Shown here: piece after piece, positions 53,480-58,482 of the stretch | Layout of the letters: every line of letters starts with the position of its first letter | How positions within the stretch are numbered: position 1 is the first letter of the stretch | From: Candidatus Collierbacteria bacterium | Lineage (GTDB): Bacteria > Patescibacteriota > Microgenomatia > UBA1400 > JACPES01 | DNA: 58,482 bases | Direction: 5' to 3' | NCBI GenBank assembly: GCA_016219325.1 | Contig: JACRNH010000007.1 | Span: 1-58,482, forward strand | The notes under the pieces: generated by a model | Told to the model about the DNA's origin: nothing | The model's input: the letters and a program-made list of their open reading frames with translations, nothing else | The model's database searches: none | Program-made: the position numbers and the translations under genes

Positions 53480-54453
53480 TGATCACGGACACTAAGGAAA
53501 AAATCATTCAATTTATCAAGCTGAACGGCCGGGCCAGGATTATTGACTTGAAAGAATTTTTGGGAATAGGGAATACGGCCATTCATCGGCAGCTGAAGCG
53601 GTTGGTTTCAACCGGGGTTTTAATGAAAGCTGGGACAGCGCCGAAGGTGTTTTATGTTTTGGAGGAAGAAAATCGTGGATCAGACAGGAATGGGAAAACA
53701 AATGAACTAGTTGAAAAAACTTTTTTGTATGTTTCTCCGTCTGGAGAGATGCTGAGCGGCAGAAGAGGTTTTGAGATTTGGGCCAAAAAGGCGGACCGGG
53801 AAATAAATGCCGCAATGATTGAGTACGTAGAAACGAGAGGAAAAGCGAATACATTTATTGGGGAAAATGGATGGATTGACGCTACAGAAAAAATAAAAAA
53901 CACTTTCAAAAACGTTTATTTGGACAAAGTTTTATACAAAGATTTTTATGCCATGCCGGTTTTCGGTAAAACCCGGCTAGGTCAGTTGGTTTTATATGGA
54001 AAGCAATCGCAAGACTTGGGGATTATCAGGCAGACCGCCAAAGAATCAAAAGAGCTGATTGAGAAGATTATTGTTTTTTTTGGCATACAGGCGGTAAGCT
54101 TTTTGCCCCATAGTATTCCCCGTCGGCTTCAATATCTGAAAGAATTCAGAAAATTCCTAAATCTTAAATTGCCGGAAATCGATTTAGTTAAGGCTTATGC
54201 CGGCCAAATTCCGGTTGCTCAAAAATCATTGTCCAGCCTGGAAGAAAGAATAGAAAATGCCCGTAAAACGATTATGATTAGAGACTTAAAACCCAGATTT
54301 GAGTCTATACTATTAATTGACGATGCGGTCGGTTCAGGCGCGACTCTAAACGAAACCGCCAAAAAATTAAAAGCGATTGGAATAGCCAAAAAAGTAGTCG
54401 GGTTTGCCGTCGTTGGCAGTATGAAGGGGTTTGAGGTGATTAGAGAGGTGTAG
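53479..54453 (+). CDS. wHTH - ComF-like phosphoribosyltransferase-domain protein
   Basis: N-terminal winged helix (IIDLKEFLGIGNTAIHRQLKRLVSTGVL). C-terminal type-I PRTase motif ILLIDDAVGSGATLNETAKKLKAIG with ComF-like upstream spacing. Start trimmed to the ATG at 53479. Confidence 0.65.
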   Translation: MITDTKEKIIQFIKLNGRARIIDLKEFLGIGNTAIHRQLKRLVSTGVLMKAGTAPKVFYVLEEENRGSDRNGKTNELVEKTFLYVSPSGEMLSGRRGFEIWAKKADREINAAMIEYVETRGKANTFIGENGWIDATEKIKNTFKNVYLDKVLYKDFYAMPVFGKTRLGQLVLYGKQSQDLGIIRQTAKESKELIEKIIVFFGIQAVSFLPHSIPRRLQYLKEFRKFLNLKLPEIDLVKAYAGQIPVAQKSLSSLEERIENARKTIMIRDLKPRFESILLIDDAVGSGATLNETAKKLKAIGIAKKVVGFAVVGSMKGFEVIREV

Positions 54454-54465
54454 GCAAATTGCCGC

Positions 54466-54504
54466 TTGACACGATTCTATTTACTGCACATAATATGCAG
54501 TAAA
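54466..54504 (+). promoter_or_regulatory. Promoter TTGACA-N17-CATAAT with a 9-bp inverted repeat TTTACTGCA/TGCAGTAAA
   Basis: -35 at 54466-54471, -10 at 54489-54494, ATG at 54504. The inverted repeat at 54480-54504 brackets the -10. Confidence 0.55.
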
Positions 54505-55070
54505 TGGAAACGTATAATTTGGCTCAAGCTACTCAAATCCTGTTTACAACTCCGATTGCCGTCTTCTCTAGCGAATCGTTGGCCGCGACATTAAAAATAT
54601 CCAAGGAAAGGTCAGCGTTCTCTGTTATTTCCAGATTGCTAAAAAACGGTATTTTAGAAAAGGCAGGGAAAGATTGCTATATTCTTGCCCAAAAACCCGC
54701 CCATCAATTTTTAATCGCTAATTATTATTACAAGCCTTCTTATGTTTCATTTGAGTCAGCCCTCTCGCATTATGGAATTTTGTCTCAATTTCCGGTTGAG
54801 GTAACCAGCGCGACGCCGCTTAAAACAGCCAAATACTGCTCGAAAGATAAAATGTATTCTTATGCGCATCTAAAAAAAGATTTGTTTTGGGGTTATGATA
54901 AAAGCCAAGACGGATTTTTAATCGCCAGCCCGGAAAAAGCCGTCCTCGATCAGGCATATTTGGCCTCTAAAGGCCTAAAATCTTTTTCTAAAGACGAATT
55001 GGACTGGTCTCTGGTCGACAGAAAAAAGTTGTTAAATTACGCCAAAATGTATCCAGACCTTTCTCTATGA
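54504..55070 (+). CDS. abiEi: AbiEi-family antitoxin / transcriptional regulator (type IV TA)
   Basis: The N-terminal wHTH and PSYVSFESALSHYGILSQFP are typical of AbiEi. 4-nt overlap with the downstream NTase toxin gene. Confidence 0.75.
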   Translation: METYNLAQATQILFTTPIAVFSSESLAATLKISKERSAFSVISRLLKNGILEKAGKDCYILAQKPAHQFLIANYYYKPSYVSFESALSHYGILSQFPVEVTSATPLKTAKYCSKDKMYSYAHLKKDLFWGYDKSQDGFLIASPEKAVLDQAYLASKGLKSFSKDELDWSLVDRKKLLNYAKMYPDLSL

Positions 55071-55834
55071 TTACCTTGGTTCAGTTAAAATCATTTGCCA
55101 GGCAATATAAAACCAACGACGCCACGGTTTTTCGCGAATATTTACAGTTACTTTTTTTAAGCCGTCTTTATGGATATTCTGATAACCGGCAGATTGTTTT
55201 CAAGGGCGGGACAGCTATACATTTTATTTATAACGCTCCCCGATTTTCCGAAGATTTGGACTTTACTGTGGTCATGCCGGAAAAAGAATTTACACAGAGC
55301 TTAAAAAAAACTTTTGCAGCCCTGGAAAGCGAAGGCCAGATAAGTTTTAAGCAAAGGAAGACTTTAACCGGGAAAAGATTTTTGCTTACGGCGGCGCTTC
55401 CCGATTCGTCTCTAAAATCTTTTATTAATCTTGATTTTTCGTTCAGGGAAAAAGTTTTCGAATTTCAGTTCAGTTTTATCAAATCAGAATATCCAATATT
55501 ATTCACTTCGCAAGTTCCGCACATGTCTAAAAACGAAATTGTCGCTGACAAAATCAGGGCAATAATGCGGCGGAAAAAGGGAAGAGATATCTACGATTTA
55601 TGGTATTTATTGGCCCAAGGCGCGAGGGCGGACCAAAAATTGATTGCCGAAAAATTTAAATATTATGATGAAAAGTTTATTTTTAAAAAACTAATAGAAA
55701 GAATTGAAGAATTTCCAAAAACAAATTTTATAAACGACCTAAAGCCATTTGTTCAATTTCAAGAGCGCGAAAAATTGGGAGAACTGTTTGTTTACATTAT
55801 TGGATTTCTTAAACACGTTTCAACGTCTGCCTGA
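55067..55834 (+). CDS. abiEii: AbiEii/AbiGii-family nucleotidyltransferase toxin (DUF1814)
   Basis: FKGGTAIHFIYNAPRFSEDLDFT and RGRDIYDLWYL motifs. Confidence 0.85.
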   Translation: MITLVQLKSFARQYKTNDATVFREYLQLLFLSRLYGYSDNRQIVFKGGTAIHFIYNAPRFSEDLDFTVVMPEKEFTQSLKKTFAALESEGQISFKQRKTLTGKRFLLTAALPDSSLKSFINLDFSFREKVFEFQFSFIKSEYPILFTSQVPHMSKNEIVADKIRAIMRRKKGRDIYDLWYLLAQGARADQKLIAEKFKYYDEKFIFKKLIERIEEFPKTNFINDLKPFVQFQEREKLGELFVYIIGFLKHVSTSA

Positions 55835-55979
55835 TCTGTTAGGGTTGTTGCCATACAATTATCTTAACATTGTAGAGAAACCACACAAATTGTAGTTTGA
55901 TATTGGTGGGAATAATTAGGATAATTAAATTAGTCGAGAAGCCTTATTTCGATATAAATGCCTATTTTGTAAGGTTTAC

Positions 55980-56008
55980 TTGACAATAACAGTACTCTTA
56001 TGTAAGAT
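55980..56008 (+). promoter_or_regulatory. Sigma70-type promoter TTGACA-N17-TAAGAT, 6 nt before the ATG
   Basis: -35 at 55980-55985, -10 at 56003-56008, ATG at 56015. Confidence 0.55.
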
Positions 56009-56014
56009 AGTAAC

Positions 56015-57145
56015 ATGTTTAGGCACATAAAGAAGGAATTGGCAGACTTATTTAAGCGGCCGGATTCGCCGATTGTATTAATCCTCGGGCTACGTCAGGT
56101 GGGAAAATCAACTTTGGCCCAAGATTTGCTAGGTGAGGCAGAGCGCGTCCGGTTCGATTTCGATTTAGCAGGAGACAGACAAGAATTTCTAAAGCAAGAT
56201 CGTCACGCGCTGTCGCAATTCGCTCAAAGATATCAGGGGAGAATAATTATCATTGATGAAGTGCAGAAAATGCCGGAAGCGACTTCTGTAATTAAGCATT
56301 TATATGACACATATCACATGAAGTTTCTGCTGACCGGTTCATCGGAGCTGAAAATCCGGCAGCAAATGGGCGACAGTTTGGTGGGCAGGCTGCACGAATC
56401 TAGGCTTTATCCTTTATCTTTGGCGGAAATGAACATTCAAGAGGGATTAACTTTTGATCCTTCTTTGGAATTTAATAATTATGATGAAAACCAAAAATTA
56501 TTGCGTCGATGCTTAGTATATGGCTCATTGCCCCAGCTCTCGAATATCGCCATTCAGGCATATAAACAGTATTTAGACGATTTTGTGAACGGCTTGATTT
56601 CTAAGGACGTTTTAGAAATAGCCGGGACCCGCAAATCTTCTAGAATTTATTTGTTGGCTAAACTTTTGGCTCTGCAAATTGGCCACCTTGTTAATTTTAA
56701 TGAATTAGCGGCAAATACGGAAATGGCGCGGGAAAGCGTCCACAGGTACATCGACATTTTCGAACAAATGGGAATTGTCGTTAAAGCCAAGCCAATTTCT
56801 ACCAATGAAAGAGAAGCTATATCTAAAAAACTAAAGATTTATTTTACGGATTTGGGAGTCAGGAACAGCCTAGTGGGAAATTTTGAAGAAATCGACTGGA
56901 GAATGGACAGGGGCCAGCTTTTAGAGAACGCGGTTTTTATCGGCATTAAACGAGCCCGAACTTATGCCGGAATTCCGACAGAACTGGGGTTTTTCCGTTC
57001 GAGCATCGGGACAGAAATTGATATTGTGGAAAAAGCGGCCGGAATTGAACGGTTGTATGAAGTAAAAATGGGGAATAAAAAATCCAGAAGAAAAAAGGGC
57101 GTAGAAATAATTAGTTTTGAAACCGCCCAGAAATATTTATATTGA
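56015..57145 (+). CDS. AAA-family ATPase with a DUF4143-type C-terminal domain
   Basis: ILGLRQVGKSTLAQ (Walker A), IIIIDEVQKMPE (Walker B). Overall layout matches the AAA_14/DUF4143 family. Confidence 0.8.
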   Translation: MFRHIKKELADLFKRPDSPIVLILGLRQVGKSTLAQDLLGEAERVRFDFDLAGDRQEFLKQDRHALSQFAQRYQGRIIIIDEVQKMPEATSVIKHLYDTYHMKFLLTGSSELKIRQQMGDSLVGRLHESRLYPLSLAEMNIQEGLTFDPSLEFNNYDENQKLLRRCLVYGSLPQLSNIAIQAYKQYLDDFVNGLISKDVLEIAGTRKSSRIYLLAKLLALQIGHLVNFNELAANTEMARESVHRYIDIFEQMGIVVKAKPISTNEREAISKKLKIYFTDLGVRNSLVGNFEEIDWRMDRGQLLENAVFIGIKRARTYAGIPTELGFFRSSIGTEIDIVEKAAGIERLYEVKMGNKKSRRKKGVEIISFETAQKYLY

Positions 57146-57371
57146 AGGTTAAACGGCCAGAACGAATAGTGGGTAAGAAGGCGGAAAGTTAATTTCAGCT
57201 GGGAGCACAAATGTATGCTTTGCTGAAATGAGATTTTCTTACCAAAGCTGTATTGGGCCGTGATTGGGGATTTTAAAAAATGTCTTGTTAGGAGAAATTC
57301 TAAGATATAATTAAAGCTGTTTATTGAGCGGGAGAGAGTGACGTAAAACTAATGGTAAACTTATCGTCAAG

Positions 57372-58397
57372 ATGTCAGAATCTTCTTTGGACAATGCCAA
57401 TATTGGAAGCAAGCCTTCAATTTACGAAGAATTAAGCCATATAGAGCCGGTTACTAGAGTTGAGGTAAAGTCAGAAAAGGTCTCCACTTTAGGAATAGTA
57501 ACAGGAGTTTGGGGAGGGATTGGCGATAGCGCTATCGCCGCGAAAGCTGTCGAGGGGGGGGTAAAAATGGCGCTGATTGACGGCGTAGGCAACGACGAAA
57601 CCCAAGTTTTGACCCCTGAAAGAATTCATGCCGAAATTGTTGCCAAGGCAATTTTAGAGAAGCCGATAATGTCAGGACTGTCTTTGGCCGAGGCTCAGCT
57701 CCGGCAAATCAATAAAAATGGTTTAGGACCAAGAACGGTTTCGGTTTCTAATGACCCTCTTTATTGCATGATGGCCTTTGCTGAAATTGCCCAAAAAGAT
57801 GGACAGTTTTTTGTCGAGCCAATTGCCGTTGGAGACGTATCAATTCTTGCCTTGGTACCGGATGCAGAAGGAAAATTTGATTCTTCTTCATTGAGATTTC
57901 TTTATTTTAAACCCTTTGCCGATCGCAGTCAGGATAGTATTTTGACGCCGAGATTCCATGCTGTCCGCGAGAACGAACTGTGCGCTCCTAATCCGAGTAT
58001 TTTTCCGACCGGATCGATTATAATTATGGCGGATGATGGCGGGATGGATGCGATACTGAATCCGAGAATATTATTGGAAGCGGGATCTTCTTTCTCAAGA
58101 GGGAGTCTATTAAACTCGAGCTATGATTTTGAGAGAATGATATCTGAGCAGAACAAAGGAAAATATTCTATGACAGAGCTTCATGCCCAGCTTGCTCAAT
58201 CCTTAAATCCTTTGATGGAGCTTTTTAATCTTAAAGGACATCATGGGGCATCGTCAGCCTTATTTAATTCTTTAATCTCACAGCCTAAGGTAATAAATGA
58301 TGATGCAGCTTTGTTGATAACAGAGGTTGGGGGAGGCAAAGTAGCTGAATTCTATCTCGAAGCGCACCGCCTGAGCTGTTCTTCAAATACCTCTTGA
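57372..58397 (+). CDS. Hypothetical protein, possibly a PP2C/SpoIIE-like phosphatase
   Basis: Weak motif resemblance: GVWGGIGD, IIIMADDGGMDAI, DDAALLITEV. The last 15 or so codons overlap an antisense IS30-type transposase remnant. Confidence 0.3.
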   Translation: MSESSLDNANIGSKPSIYEELSHIEPVTRVEVKSEKVSTLGIVTGVWGGIGDSAIAAKAVEGGVKMALIDGVGNDETQVLTPERIHAEIVAKAILEKPIMSGLSLAEAQLRQINKNGLGPRTVSVSNDPLYCMMAFAEIAQKDGQFFVEPIAVGDVSILALVPDAEGKFDSSSLRFLYFKPFADRSQDSILTPRFHAVRENELCAPNPSIFPTGSIIIMADDGGMDAILNPRILLEAGSSFSRGSLLNSSYDFERMISEQNKGKYSMTELHAQLAQSLNPLMELFNLKGHHGASSALFNSLISQPKVINDDAALLITEVGGGKVAEFYLEAHRLSCSSNTS

Positions 58398-58482
58398 GAC
58401 GTATTGTACCCCAAACACTTTCTTGGCCGGTTGTTGATCTCTCAAACCATATCGTCAAGTTCTGCCTGGGTTAAATTCTGGA
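58352..58482 (-). pseudogene. 3' end of an IS30-family transposase gene with an in-frame TGA (partial, runs off the window)
   Basis: Minus-strand translation QNLTQAELDDMV*EINNRPRKCLGYNTSQEVFEEQLRRCASR* carries the IS30 C-terminal signature ELD..IA..LN.RPRK.LG..TP.EVF. In-frame stop at 58442-58444. Confidence 0.6.

Noticed and set aside
9680-57371. tRNA, rRNA, tmRNA, RNase P RNA or SRP RNA genes in the intergenic regions
   Set aside because: I scanned each gap over about 80 nt by eye for T-loop (GTTCGAATC-like), acceptor-stem and other conserved cores and found none. This is a visual check only; tRNAscan/Infernal would be decisive.
58442-58444. An in-frame TGA in the IS30-like ORF as evidence for an alternative genetic code (TGA as sense, as in SR1/Gracilibacteria)
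   Set aside because: TGA closes several well-delimited full-length genes here (yidC at 35592, doc at 24132, the AbrB-type antitoxin, abiEi). Conserved proteins show no internal TGA, so the standard code 11 fits and the IS30 copy is simply decayed.

Overview
This 58.5-kb chromosomal window comes from a small-genome, AT-leaning bacterium. Compact or fused housekeeping genes and the gene content suggest Patescibacteria/CPR, but that is inference only. The window covers the replication-origin neighbourhood: rnpA-yidD-yidC-jag and rpmH on the minus strand, dnaA-dnaN on the plus strand, and DnaA boxes between dnaA and dnaN. It also holds the str operon (rpsL-rpsG-fusA-tuf-rpsJ), groES-groEL, lysS, valS, greA, pgk, cmk, tsaD next to a fused tsaC-tsaE, envelope/glycan genes, and six toxin-antitoxin or abortive-infection modules. 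The main non-routine items follow. (1) A compact T4SS-like module without a relaxase (42.8-53.4 kb) lies against dnaN, with a divergent wHTH-ComF-like gene at its other border. (2) Its VirB4 ATPase is split inside the Walker A loop by a 581-aa LAGLIDADG intein. (3) An IS1634-family element with a 22-bp target duplication, plus a 388-aa ORFan, separates rpmH from rnpA. (4) Two families of short low-complexity DNA words recur at gene borders and, in frame, inside unrelated essential genes. (5) rnhA is frameshifted at an A10 tract. (6) At least nine operons, mostly TA/defence, have a near-consensus promoter 5-9 nt from the ATG, which suggests leaderless mRNAs. No rRNA, tRNA or CRISPR array was recognised. 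All calls come from reading the sequence and ORF translations; no database search was run.
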